Source of the DNA: Felis catus
Taxonomy: Eukaryota
Direction of reading: 5' to 3'
Assembly (NCBI RefSeq): GCF_018350175.1
Contig: NC_058368.1
Location: 25,174,001-25,238,000 of the forward strand
Length of the DNA: 64,000 nucleotides
The notes under the pieces were generated by a model. The model did not search any database. It saw nothing but the letters and a program-made list of their open reading frames with translations, and was not told where the DNA came from. Every line of letters begins with the position of its first letter. The stretch's first letter is position 1. Shown here in pieces: positions 36,321 through 48,727 of the stretch. The position numbers and the translations under genes are program-made.

Positions 36321-39300
36321 TTAAAAATGCTAGTGATGATTCAAGGCCATAGCTCTTGACTGGAAAGAGGGCATAAGAATGACTAGTTTAACATGTTACT
36401 AAAATACCTGTTGAGCCCCTGTTGTGTGCATCTGCTCTATACACACACATATGACAATTATGACAATCTGTCATCATTTTAGATACTCATATTACAAGGC
36501 ATTCAATAGAGCCTTGGTATCATGGTCATATATCCAGGATGTGGAACAGATTGAAAGTGTTGTGAAACCCTCGGCCACCACGTCTGCCCCCCACCCCGGT
36601 CTTGTTTTCAGAGCTCTCAGTAATCAGATTGTACGGTTCCTGCCCGGCCTTATTTCTCGTTCCTCTGCTGAGGCCTCATCGGTTGGCGAAGACTAGCTCC
36701 TGTCCGTGGTCAAGCTGTTCTCCATCCTCCAGGAGCACTCTCCTCTCATCTGTCCACCACCCAGTCCTCATCGATTGTTTCTGGCCCATTTCAAGAGTCA
36801 CCCCCTGCACAAGCCTTTTCCTACAACTCAAGCCATTTGATACTGAAGAGAGCACAGCCTCCTTCTCTCCATGAACTCTTCTATTGCAGAAACATATGGC
36901 TTCACATATGGCAGGTTCTGGTGAGCTCCCTGATGGCCAAAACAGCAAAGTCAATGGCCATGTCCCCTCAACACGTCACACAGAATCCAGCCTATTCTAA
37001 TTGCTCTACAGGCATATGCAAATTATTAAGGACCCTGGGCTAAAATGGCTCTGAACCTACAATCAAAAGTGGACACAGGCAGAAGCTGCCCTTCTCAGGG
37101 GATGGGGGGACAGTCGTGGGTGAGGCTCCATCCCCCCTCCCCGCCAGGAACATGGCGCTAGGAGAGGTCACCCACAAAGACGATGTTCTCATTACCAATT
37201 CAGTCCCCGTGGAAAGCCTCACCAGGGCCCTTAATTTCATGTGTTAAAACAACAAACGAGGTGACCCCAGCACCGTCTCTAATAGGTAGCGCGGGTCAAC
37301 AATTATTCATTTGTTCTAGTGCTTTTCGCATGACGGGCTGAGACGAAAATTTGTCCTCTTCCTGGCAAGAGCTATAAATTAGTTTTATGCTACTGTTAAA
37401 CCCAGAGGCCAAAAAAAAAAAAAGGGAAGGGACTGGAAGTGGGGGAGGGGTTAGCAAATAAGACCTGACCACTTCCAGTGACAAAGCTACCTCTTAGCCT
37501 GTGCAGGCAAGGAAGGAGGGGACCGCAGAAGACAATGAAATTGGGCCAGACAAAAACACCGCTGCAGAGTCTCTGACACAAGACCGTGGACTCTTCAGGG
37601 ATCCCAACTGAATCTCATTTTTCCTTTCATCCCAACATCTGGCAGGTTTGCTGAACGAATGAGCTAGGAAATGATGGGACGTAGGCGGCAATCGTGACTC
37701 TCGTAGCCGGGTCTGAATGAAACCAATTACGCCACATCCCTAGGAGTTCTTCCTTGAGTTCTCGCAGGCCAAACGGAGCCAATTAAAATGATGGCGCTCA
37801 TCAGCGTTTCTGACACGCATTTTTCCATGGGACACGAAGTGGACAAAAGCAGCTTGTAAGAATTCACATATAGTATTTAGGTGTTTGTGTTTAAAAGGCA
37901 CTGAAGAAAGTACCCACCGAAATGGTAAGAGTGTTCTTTGTTAGCATGCTGGCGTTGTGAGTTTTCTCTTCTTCACAGTACACACAATTTCCTAAAAGTT
38001 GTGCGACGAGAACGCATTCCCTTCTAATTAGAAAAAAGAAAAAAAGTTGTTTTTTTTTTTTAATCTATCACCATCCCATAGTTATCTGCCAGAAAAGGAG
38101 AACAGTGGTGTAGATCATCTAGAAGATGGGAAAAATTACCCATGCTTGACTTTGGAGTCTGTTACATACATTTTTTCCCCCAGAAGATTTATCTTCCTAA
38201 TTATGCCTTGCTCTTTACTTAACATTAGGATTAGTTCTAAGTCCCCGAGCCCCCTGCCAACTAATGAGCTGGACTGCATGGCAGGAAAAGTCAGCTTGGA
38301 ATGGAACGAAATAGCTACAGATAACCCACAGGCAGATAACTGAGCTCTGGCTGCGCGCACGGAGAGGGGGTGGGGAGCCCAAGGCGGGTGGGAGGGGCTC
38401 GGTTCCCAGGCTCAAAAGCCAGACTCCTGAGGGTCAAACCCCAGTTCCGCTATCGCTCACCCCAAGGTCTTGGGAAAGGCCCGTATCCTTTTCTGTGCTC
38501 TCATTTCTTCGTTTGCAAACTGCTGGTGACCGTGGCCTCCACCTCCGGGAGCCCAGAGGAGGATTAGATGACACCATGTGTGTGATGGGGTTAGCACAGG
38601 CCCTCAGCAGGTGGGAGTCAGGACAGCTGTGTGTTTGGGGGCATGCCTTTCCATGATTTGCATCCATGTAATACCTCCCTCCAAATGCACTTCACTCTTT
38701 ACAGCACATTTTAACACATTCCTCAGTCTCCCGTAGGAGGGGAGGCAAGTATTCGTGTTCTCATTTTACAGCTATGAACACAAAGTCCTGGAAAGGTGAA
38801 AAGAGATGCTCTTGGTTTCATAAGAAGGACAGAGACCACATCTCCTTTCTCCATGAGCCTCCTTTCCATGTGCCCCTGCCCTGTCCCCGTCACACACACA
38901 CTCTCTGCCTCCACTCCCTTTCTTAGCCAACACGAGGCAACGTAGGTTTTAGCCTGAGGTCTGTGCATCAAGACCTGCGACGATGAGCCAGGGAATGACT
39001 GTTAAGCGCTTGGCCAAGATCAAGTGCTGTGCAAATACTGAATTCTAGTAATGCGGAGAAATTGAGGAAAATTCCTCTCATTGTGGCTTCTTGTCGTGAG
39101 GCTGGTACATTAGCAGGGCGAGGATTGAGGACTTGTCACTCCTGTGTTTTATGGAGGAACGCTTTCGTGCCATTAGCAATGTATCTTCCTTCTGAAATAT
39201 TCTCCACTATTGGATTCATGGAAGAATCTTTTGACAGTGGTGGCATAGGGGAAGGGATGGGGAGGAAGATCAAGTTCCTTCCAAACTCCGCTCCCCTTAC

Positions 39301-39445
39301 AGGTAATTTACACAGAGCTCAGTCACTTTCTTGACTCGAAAGCAGATCCTAGCTCCTTCCTCACCTCCCATCCAAGGCTTCCTTCTTTTCCCTCTGCCCT
39401 TCCCTCTCCTCCCGCTGGGTTCAACATTAAGAGAAGAGAAAGCGA

Positions 39446-39622
39446 GGGGCACCTGGGCGGCTCAGTGGGTTAAGGGTCCAACTCTGATTTCAGTTCAGGT
39501 CATGACCTCAGAGTTGTGAGATCAAGCCCCCTGTGAGGCTCGGCACTGACAGTGAAGAGCCTGCGTGGGATTTTCTCTCCCTCTCTCTCCCTCAAAATAA
39601 ATAAACATTTTTTTTAAGAAAT
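39446..39622 (+). mobile_element. SINEC, older short copy
   Basis: TSD AGAAGAGAAAGC at 39432-39443 and 39623-39634. Confidence 0.92.
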
Positions 39623-40434
39623 AGAAGAGAAAGCAAAAAAGGACAGGGCAATTTGCACCCAATCCTCTGCCAGAAACTGGAGAGGAAGCCATCCTGACCA
39701 TTCTCTACAAACGCCTTCCTGACCTCTGAAAGCATCTGCTGTCCTTACTAGAAAAACCTGCTTTGTGACAACAGGGACCCTGTTTGCTTTGTTCACCATT
39801 TTATCCCCCCACACACACACACACAGCACAGAGTTGCTGCTCAATACATATTTGTGAAATAAACGAAATGAGCGAACGGACGAATGAATTCACCATGTAA
39901 CAGCAGAACAGCGTGGGACTCGATGGATGCCGCTGAAGAGAGTGATGTTTGTTTATGTATTACTCCTTAAAACGAAGAGGAGGAAGCCGCTTTGAACTTG
40001 TGAACATGAAAACCCAGTTTAACTAAACAGTAGGAAACTGCAGGCAGCCGTAAAAGTAAAGGACTTATTAATTAAAGCTAAGCTCTCTGAAAGAATGACT
40101 CTAAATACAGTGAAAAGAAAGAAGATAAACCACCTTCCCATTCTGTGCTTAAAAATTCCCTCGGAGTTTTGCTTCCTTCCTTCCCCGCCTGTGAAGTCAG
40201 TCTGTGCTCCAAGCTCTGGGCACGGGGACCCTGAGGACTGACAAACGAAACAGTGTCTGGTGTGGAATCGGGCAGCCGATTCCGGGAAGGTACTCTGGAA
40301 CCTGCGAGGGTTGGAGGTTGGTGAAGTGTCAGAGTTAAGAGGAATGTCTGCGGTCATTAAGAATCCTCTATCTGATTCCAAAAGGGATGCCCGGCAGGCC
40401 GTCAGTGGGCAGAGAAGAGCCGGTCTGGCTCCCC

Positions 40435-40600
40435 CCTCCTCCAAGTGGAGTCTGTGCCCCAGCAGCGCTGACACGCAGGCTGGTTAGAAATGCAGCACGT
40501 CAGCCCCGGCCCAGACCTGCTGAATCAGGGTCTGCGCTTGCACAGGATGCCCAGGGGGGTCGTGTGCACACTGCAGTGTTTCAGGCGCGCCGGTCTAGCC
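40435..40600. mobile_element. MER5A-like hAT-Charlie remnant
   Basis: gttagaaatgcagca...ggcccagacctgctgaatcag...acaggatgcccagg. Confidence 0.65.
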
Positions 40601-41989
40601 CGCTGTGAAAGGAGTTTTGCAGTTTGTGAAACTACGAGAGATGCTCTGGGATTTATACACGTGCAGGGCACAAAAGCAGGTGCTTTGGATCGCTCAGAGC
40701 TCCACAAATGCCTGCCCTTCTACAACATTCCCCTAGAGCATGGGGAAAAGCAGACTGATTGGAGGCAAGCCCAGCCCCTGGGGTGATCCTAGATGTAACC
40801 CAAGCTGCTGGCGTTGTGCAGGTTGCAAGAATCCTAGGCCGCAGGTGGATTCTCAGTCTCCTTCCCCTTGGGCCAGCTGGAGGGTCTGGGACAACAGTAG
40901 AAAGTGAGCACCCTCCGCTGGGGACTATGGGAGAAATTCGAACACAACAGGCCCAACGTTGAAAGGCAGCCATGGAGAAATCTGGAAAGAAATGCACTTA
41001 CGGGAACAATGTCAGTTGCCTTGAAGTACATTGGGCTAATTATCTTAGTGGACACTAATAAACGTGTTCCTTAGAGACACATGGTGACTGTAATAACTTA
41101 AAAGATGAATATTGGATGAATGAGTTATTAGGGACTGGCCAGACTGCTAACCTCCCAAGCCCAGAGGGCAACTGTTCTCCCTTCTGCCTTCCCATGTCTT
41201 CCCCCGAAGCCTAAGATTTTTATTAAATATGTACCCAGCTACTGAGAAAGCTTTAGAGTCAATAAAACACCTGCCCCCTCGCTTACGGGGATTTACTCAG
41301 AGCTGTCAGCCGCTTCTCAACGGGGCGGTGGTGCTGGTCCTCAACTGGGGTGAGGAGAACCACACTGCAGAGAGGGAGGGAGCCTGTATTCAGCCCACAG
41401 TTAGCCTCCGCTAACCCACTGACATGCTGTGGTACAAGTTTCAGTCCTCAGCCCCTTAATCTAGGCTCAGAGAGGGGGGCTTCTGCCCCTAGAACCAAAG
41501 GGCTGGGCCTGCACCACTCCAGGCATGGCTGTGAATACCTTCAAATGCTTTTCCTCCGGGTTCGGGGCCCTGCGTCGCCCTAGGAATGGCAGCCGCAAGC
41601 CCACCTGCTGAGTCCAGGGCCCGTCCCTGCTGTGACTCCCATCCCCAGCTTCCAATCCCCTAGCTATTAGCGTCACGGGCAACCAGATCAATCCAGGGGT
41701 CCAATGAGCACCTGGAGAAATGAAAGAAAAGGTTTCTAGAGTTCTTCCTTAAGCTTTGCACAACGTGCCCGTTTAACAGTGACCTAGAGACAAAGGCCAC
41801 ATGCACCACTCCTTTCTTTTGTTCGTTTGTCCACGTATAGTATACAGCGAAGTGCACAGACCTTTAGCAATATCTCGGTGGATGTATACGTGTGTGTGTG
41901 CGTGTGTGCATCCATAGAACCACCGCCTAGATCGAGAGCTAAAATGTGCGCAGCCCAAGAAAGTGTCCCGCATGTCTGTTCCCAGTCAA

Positions 41990-42235
41990 TATGCCCGCAC
42001 ACAAAGCTAACCGCTGTTCAAGCCTCTGTCACCATAGTTTTGCACGCTTTTGAACTTCATACAAATAGAATTATTACGTGTGTCCTCTTCTGTGTCTAGT
42101 TTTTCTTTATCCAACTTATTTTTGAAGTTTATTCCTATTGTTGTGCGCTGCGGGAATCATTGTCTTGCTATAGCTGTGTAGCATTCCATTGTGTGAATGT
42201 ACCATAATGTAGCCATTTAAAGGGCATTTAGGTGG
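41990..42235 (-). mobile_element. Old L1M (L1MC/ME-like) fragment; continues at 44193-44400
   Basis: tttgaacttcatacaaatagaatta...gcattccattgtgtgaatgtaccataat...gggcatttaggtggttt. Confidence 0.7.
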
Positions 42236-42493
42236 TTTTTACTTTATTTTATTTTTAATTTTCATTTAATTGGTTTTTTAAACTTACATCCAAGTTAGGT
42301 AGCATAGAGTGCAACAATGATTTCAGGAGTAGATTCCTTAGGTGCCCCTTACCCATTTAGCCCATCCCCCCTCCCCTCCAGTAACCCTCAGTTTGTTCTC
42401 CAGATTTATGAGTCTCTTCTGTTTTGTCCCCCTCCCTGTGTTTATATTATTTTTGCTTCCCTTCCCTTATGTTCATTTGTTTTGTCTCTTAAA

Positions 42494-42709
42494 AAATTTT
42501 TTTTTCAACGTTTTATTTATTTTTGGGACAGAGAGAGACAGAGCATGAATGGGGGAGGGGCAGAGAGAGAGGGAGACACAGAATTGGAAAGAGACTCCAG
42601 GCTCTGAGCCATCAGCCCAGAGCCCGACACGGGGCTCAAACTCACGGACCGCGAGATCGTGACCTGGCTGAAGTCGGACGCTTAACCGACTGCGCCACCC
42701 AGGCGCCCC
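42494..42709 (-). mobile_element. SINEC_Fc, young variant, nested in L1 3' UTR
   Basis: TSD TGTTTTGTCTCTTAAA at 42478-42493 and 42710-42725. Confidence 0.97.
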
Positions 42710-42862
42710 TGTTTTGTCTCTTAAAGTCCTCATATGAGTGAAATCATATGATTTTTGTCTTTCTCTGACTAACTTCACTTAGCATCATACACTCCAGTTC
42801 CATCCACGTAGTTGCAAATGGCAAGATTTCATTCTTTTTGATTGCCAAGTAATACTCCATCG

Positions 42863-42892
42863 TGTGTATGTATGTATGTGTATGTATGTATG

Positions 42893-42940
<48 letters not shown>
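42863..42940. repeat. Compound (TATG)n(TA)n microsatellite inside L1 ORF2
   Basis: Read directly; lies between the codons for WIKKMW and TMEYY. Confidence 0.95.
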
Positions 42941-42942
<2 letters not shown>

Positions 42943-43830
42943 ACATCTTCTTTATCCATTCATCCATCGATGGACATTTGGGCTCTTTCCATACTTTGGC
43001 TGTTGTTGACAGTGCTGCTATAAACATGGGGGTGCATGTGTCCCTTTGAAACAGCACACCTGTATCCCGTGGATAAATGCCTAGTAGTGCAATTGCTGGG
43101 TCATAGGGTAGTTCTATTTTTAGTTTTTTGAGGAACCTCCATACTGTTTTCCAGAGTGGCTGCACCAGCTTGCATTCCCACCAGCAGTGCAAAAGAGATC
43201 CTCTTTCTCGGCATCCTCGCCAACATCTGTTGTTGCCTGAGTTGTTAATGTGAGCCATTCTGACAAGTGTAAGGTGGTATGTCATTGTGGTTTTGATGTG
43301 TATTTCCCTGATGATGAGTGATGTTGAGCATTGTTTTCATGTGTCGGTTGGCCATCTGGATGTCTACTTTGGAGAAGTGTCTATTCATGTCTTTTGCCCA
43401 TTTCTTCACTGGATTATTTGTTTTTTGGGTGTTGAGTTTGAGAAGTTCTTTATAGATTTTGGATACTAACCCTTTATCTGACATGTCGTTTGCAAATATC
43501 TTCTCCCATTCTGTCGGTTGCCTTTTAGTTTTGCTGATTGTTTCCTTCGCTGTGCAGAAGCTTTTTATTTTGATGAGGTCCCAGTAGTTCATTTTTACTT
43601 TTGTTTCCCTTGCGTCCGGAGACGTGCTGAGTAGGAAGTTGCTGCGGGCAAGATCAAAGAGGTTTTTGCCTGCTTTCTTCTCCAGGATTTTGATGGCTTC
43701 CTGCCTTACATTGAGATCTTTCATCCATTTTGAGTTTACTTTTGTGTATGGTGTAAGAAAGTGGTTCAGGTTCATTCTTCCGCATGTCGCTGTCCAGTTT
43801 TCCCAGCACCACTTGCTGAAGAGACAGTCT

Positions 43831-44192
43831 TAAGGCATTCACATTTTTGCACCAGTGCCTTGAAACTCAATTCCCACAGGGTTATGCAGAGAGGGCCAGA
43901 TGAGGTCTGCACACACAGTATGTTGCATTATTACAAAAGCTTAGGGAACCCAAATCTCTTAAAATGTACAGCAAGCACACCTGCCCTCAATCCCGAAAGC
44001 AGATATGGTATCTGTGTCCCAAGGCTATAAGCAAACTGGCCCTTTGCTCCAAAGAATCACTAACTCTATATTTCAAGGCTGTTCACTATAAAAATATCCT
44101 TGAAAACCTAGTCTGGAATAAAGGACATTCAGTGCTATGCTTGCAAGATATGCAAAAAATGGAAGAGATCAATGAAGAATTGTTTCCCCACA
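43831..44192 (-). mobile_element. Partial ERVL-class LTR (MER76-like), one end missing
   Basis: Minus strand starts TGTGGGGAAACAATTC and contains ttttcaaggatatttttatagtgaacagccttg, ggagcaaagggc, agatttgggttccctaagct, ccctgtgggaattg, matching a recalled LTR consensus. Confidence 0.55.
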
Positions 44193-45149
44193 CGTATATG
44201 CCCAGGGGTGGGAATGCTGAGTCAAAGGAGCTGGCACAGATTTAGCTTCGACGGATACTGAAAAAAAAAAAAAAAATTCCCCAAGCGACTGTATCATTTT
44301 ACACGCCCATGAGCAGGTGTATGAGGGTTTCAATTGCTCCGCACCCTTGCCAACACTTGGTACTGTTGGTCTGTTTCATCTGAGCCATTGTGGTGTGGCC
44401 ATACCTTTGTCCCTTTCAGGGACTCTTCCACATATCAGGCCTGCTTAGGTGTTATAATGATGGTACAAACCATCAGGAATATCACTGCCATGGGCAGCGT
44501 GGATCGGAGGCTCTGGGGAAACAGAAAGACACACAGGGCAAACTTCCCTCAGGAAACATGCTTTAAAGGTATAGAAAGTATGAGATCGCTCCTAGGCATG
44601 GAGAGCTGGTCTCAAGGGAAGGCACTACCTATGCAGTGCCATTCAGGCCGTGCCAGCATGGTGACGGGCCTCAAAAAGAGACCCTCAGTGGAGCAAAGAG
44701 GGATGAGCAGGTGGGAAAGGTGGGAGGACCAAGGGCCAGACCTGCTCGTAGGATTAAACTTTGTAGCAGCATTGCATTGACCAAAATGCTAGCGGGTGAC
44801 GGCGATGATGAAGGTGACAGTAATCATTTACTGAGGGCCCCCGGTGTTCCAAGCACTAAGCTGGGCTCTTTACATACATTAAACCTCTCTCTACGTTGCA
44901 ACCAGCATCCGTCGGCCAGTGATGAGACGGAAATAGTAAAAGGCTTTTGCTAGTGAAAACACCGGTCTCGGGTGAGAATTTTCAGGGAGCTTTACGGGAG
45001 ATTTGGAAGGGCTTTGGTGTTTTTACGACTTCACCTAACTCAGCTATGGGCCTAGAAATTACGCAGGGTGAATTTCCTTAGCTCACATCTCCATCCACTA
45101 GCCAGATAAAGATAATAGTAGTGAACGCAATGATAACTTCGGTAAGAAT

Positions 45150-45335
45150 ATCTCCTTACTTGGGGCCAGATACTATACAATGTACTTTGCATCTCATTCA
45201 GTCCTCACTTCAACCCTATGGCATCATAATCCCCACCTTATAAAGAAACTGAAGGACAGGGAGGTTAATTAACGAGTCCACAGTCTCACGGGTTTTAGTA
45301 GCAAAGCCAGGATTCATTTCCAAGATGGTCAGGCT
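45150..45335 (-). mobile_element. MIR
   Basis: atctcattcagtcctcacttcaaccctatg...aaactgaaggacagggaggttaattaac...gtagcaaagccaggattca. Confidence 0.65.
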
Positions 45336-46231
45336 TCAAATATGTTTTCTTTCTACTCTGTAGCACCAACTTGCCATCTACTCTTGATCAAATGACACAC
45401 TTCCTATTTTAAGGACAAGCTTCTAGGGAGGCCTAATCTGCTAAAGATCATTATTTGGGAATTTAGCCTGCTGTCACAAGATGGTCTTTTGTGTGAAACG
45501 ACCTGGTCCTCTGCTGTAGATCCGTGCATTTCTGGTATGAGCGTATGGATTGTGAGTTGACGATCATCCCGGAAGGACCAGAGGCCATATCCATGCCTGT
45601 GGGTAGACAGTGTTCCCTGACAGTGAAGCAGTTCCCAGTCTTAATCATCCAGGAAAGAGGCGAGTTCTCGGGGAGGAAACCAGGATTCCCAGTTCTGGGG
45701 GGCCTAGGCATGCAGAGAACCTCGGCTTCTCTCACAGCCTGGCCATGATGGGCCTCGAAGCCTTTGAGGAGGACAGTGTGCAGGCGTGCATTCATCAGGG
45801 GTGGGAAATCTGGAGGCTGGGAGCCAGGATGGACGGGCCAGAAAGTCCTGGAGGACAGGCCTAACGTTATGCACAGTAAGCTAGGCCTGACCCTAAGCAT
45901 GAGCCCACTTTGAAAGTTAGTCAGAGTAAGCTCAGGAATGCTTCCGGGACATCTCAACTCTGAATCTGCAAATCAGTAGTTCAGAGATACTACTGATGCA
46001 GGGATCAAGGACACACACGAACGAACGCCTCTCTCCATTGCCTTCCTAGTTCCCTGCAGGCACGAGAAGTTCCACGGTTTCAGCAGTCACAGGTTGGGAG
46101 AAACCCAGCAAAACTCTGATGGGGAGACCGGGGCAGGGTGTCAGGAATGAGGACAGTCACATCGACATTCCAGTGACAGGGACGCTTCGCTCGGGTCCTC
46201 TAAGATGGAAGAGCTTAAGACCAAGAGGAAA

Positions 46232-47400
46232 TCATTCATTCATTTGAAAAAAAAAAAAAAATCGCTGTTCTCTTTTAGGTACCAGATAATGTTCTAGAGA
46301 TACAGTAGTTAACCAAGATAGCCAAGTTCCTAGTCCCAAGAAACTTACGTTACAGTAGGGAAGACAGTACAGTGCACACGCGTAGATATATGACCTATAC
46401 TATATGTACATTATAGTTCCATAGTGTTGATAAATGCCATGGAGTAAAATAAATTAGAGTAAGAGGATGGAGAGAGGTTTTTTGTAAGTGAAGGGGAGGG
46501 AAGGCAGCCTCAGATTGAAGGTATTTGCAGAGCAGCGCTGCAAATGAAGTGGGAGAGAGACCCAGCATGGGTATCTGATAGTGTCCTAAGCAAAGAGATC
46601 GTGCAAAGGCCCTGTGACAGGTGTAGACAGCACGTTTAACACACAAAAAGTGGTAAATTGTTTACAGCAAAGGGGGCAAGGAGGATATGGGTGGGAAAAA
46701 GGCGAGGCCAGGGAGTTAGCTGGGAGTCAGAGTGTGTCAGCTCTTGGTGGCCATGATAGGGATCTTTGGCTTTATTCGGAATGGGATGGAAACCCATTAA
46801 AATACTTGGTGAGACAAATTACAGTCCGTATGAGGCAAGAATGGACACAGGGAGACTCATGTATTAGTTTCCCAGGGCTACCATACAACTATCACCGGCT
46901 TGATGGCTCAAAATAACAGAAAATTTCTCTCACCGTTCTGGAGGCCAAAATTCTGAAGGAAGGTGTTTTGGTCTTTTGGGTGAAATGACCTGGTCACTTC
47001 CCCTCTGAAGGGCCACATCCTCTCTGAAGGCTCTAAGAGAAAATCCTTCACTGCTTCTTCTGGTCTTCCCCTCTGCGGCTTTCTCTTCCGCCTATGTCTC
47101 CTCTTCCATCGCTTCTAAGAATGCTTGCCGTTAGACCGAGGGCCTATCTGGATAATCCAGGATGATTTCAGCTCAAGATCTTGAACTTTTTTACATCAGC
47201 AAAGCCCCCTTTTGCTCAGATAAAGTCACATTCACAGGTTCCAGAAGTTAGGAGGTCGACCTATTTTGGCGGTCCACCGCTATTTTCAGCCCCACGACAA
47301 CTAGTCAGCAGGCTCTGGTAAAGCCCAGAGAGGTGATGAGGGAGATTTGCCCTAGGGGAGTAACAGCCAGACGGTGAAAAGTGGTCAGATTATGCGAGTA
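46232..47400 (-). mobile_element. L2 (3' end and upstream part), interrupted by an MLT1 LTR
   Basis: tcattcattcatt...tgttctagagatacagtagttaaccaagatag...gtgcaaaggccctg...tttggctttattcggaatgggatggaaacccatt-like segments. Confidence 0.7.
46860..47299 (-). mobile_element. MaLR solo LTR (MLT1C-like)
   Basis: tgtattagtttcccagggct...gttctggaggcca...ggataatccaggatgat...tcacattcacaggttcca...ttcagccccacgaca. Confidence 0.8.
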
Positions 47401-48056
47401 TAACAGGTCAATGGGGAGGGGTCGTTCATTCGTCTTCTCCAGAAACGTTTCTGGGGAACCTACCACGTTCCTACACTACTGCCACTGGGGATACAGCGGG
47501 GTTAACACAGATATAATGCTCGCCCACCTGGAGCTTACCTCGTGGTCTAACAGGAAACCTGGACCTTGAATAAGCGTGTTGTGTGTTACAAAGGAAATAT
47601 ACCAGCAACAGACCAACCTATTGAGAGTTTGGGACGCGCCGAGGAGGAATACAACTTAGCCAGGACAAAGGGTGCTCCAGGCGAAAAGGCTGAGGAAGGT
47701 ATGGAGCTCTGGCAGAGCAGGCTGAATCTGTGAGAGTCCCTGGAGACCAGGGGAGCAGCCTGGCCACCAGAAGGTGCCAGAACACCGAGGACACACCTCT
47801 GCCCCTCACAACTTGTGACGTCGGCCTGTGGGCACGTAGCCATTTTCAGCAAGAGGCCCCCGTCCCAGGTTCCGGCACCGGCTCCTACTGTACCCATAAC
47901 CCTGAGCGGCACCGATGCCCACAGCCTGAGCTTGTGCAGACTGGGCGAAGTGGTTCTCGCAGCAGGCTGGGCACACCCCCCTTGCGTCACTCCCTCCTTC
48001 CTCCTAAGGAGATGCTCAGGTTCACGGGGCTTTGATTCACTTATTTTTAACCTTTA

Positions 48057-48269
48057 TTTTTATTATTATTAATGTTTACTTATTTTTGAGACAGAGGCAG
48101 AGCATGAACAGGGGAGTGGCAGAGAGAGAGGGAGACACAGAATTGGAAGCAGGCTCCAGGCTCTGAGCTGTCAGCACAAAGCCCGACGCGGGGCTCGAAC
48201 CCACAAACCGCGAGATCATGACCTGAGCGGAGGTCGGCTGCTTAACCAACTGAGCCACCCAGGCGCCCC
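48057..48269 (-). mobile_element. SINEC_Fc (older member of tandem pair)
   Basis: TSD TATTTTTAACCTTTA at 48042-48056 and 48510-48524. Confidence 0.96.
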
Positions 48270-48276
48270 TATTTTT

Positions 48277-48499
48277 TTTTTTTAATTTTTTTTTCAACGT
48301 TTTTATTTATTTTTGGGACAGAGAGAGACAGAGCATGAACGGGCGAGGGGCAGAGAGAGAGGGAGACACAGAATCGGAAACAGGCTCCAGGCTCTGAGCC
48401 ATCAGCCCAGAGCCCGACGCGGGGCTCGAACTCACAGACCGCGAGATTGTGACCTGGCTGAAGTCGGACGCTCAACCGACTGCGCCACCCAGGCGCCCC
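48277..48499 (-). mobile_element. SINEC_Fc, young variant (younger member of tandem pair)
   Basis: TSD AGGCGCCCCTATTTTT at 48261-48276 and 48501-48516. Confidence 0.96.
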
Positions 48500-48727
48500 A
48501 AGGCGCCCCTATTTTTAACCTTTAAATGGCTCACCCAGGCACCGGGTTTCGCTTGCCAAATGCAGATATAAAAATGTCAGTACACGAAAAGTTGCTTTTA
48601 AGAAAAAGTCCTTTCATCTGCAAGATTCATAATACTCATTAGCAGGCTCAAAATCTCGCAGATGAAAGGCAGAGCCAGAGAGTAAATGAAGACAGACAGG
48701 CACTCCTCTGACTACGTGGTGGGACTG

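Larger units (their letters stand above)
42236..43830 (-). mobile_element. Felid L1 (L1_Fc-like), 5'-truncated, ORF2 C-terminal region plus 3' UTR; non-functional
   Basis: Translations [20 protein letters not shown]...[16 protein letters not shown] and [11 protein letters not shown]...[52 protein letters not shown] are L1 ORF2; frameshift near 43330; (TA)n expansion and SINE inside. Confidence 0.96.

Noticed and set aside
42785..43775. L1 ORF2 pieces as an active reverse transcriptase gene
   Set aside because: 5'-truncated (no endonuclease or RT core), frameshifted and interrupted by a microsatellite.
43831..44192. Non-L1 segment fused to the L1 5' end as a cellular RNA-L1 chimera or new ORF (43964-44245)
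   Set aside because: The minus strand resembles an ERVL-class LTR with a TG terminus and no TSD encloses both parts, so a pre-existing LTR is the simpler reading.
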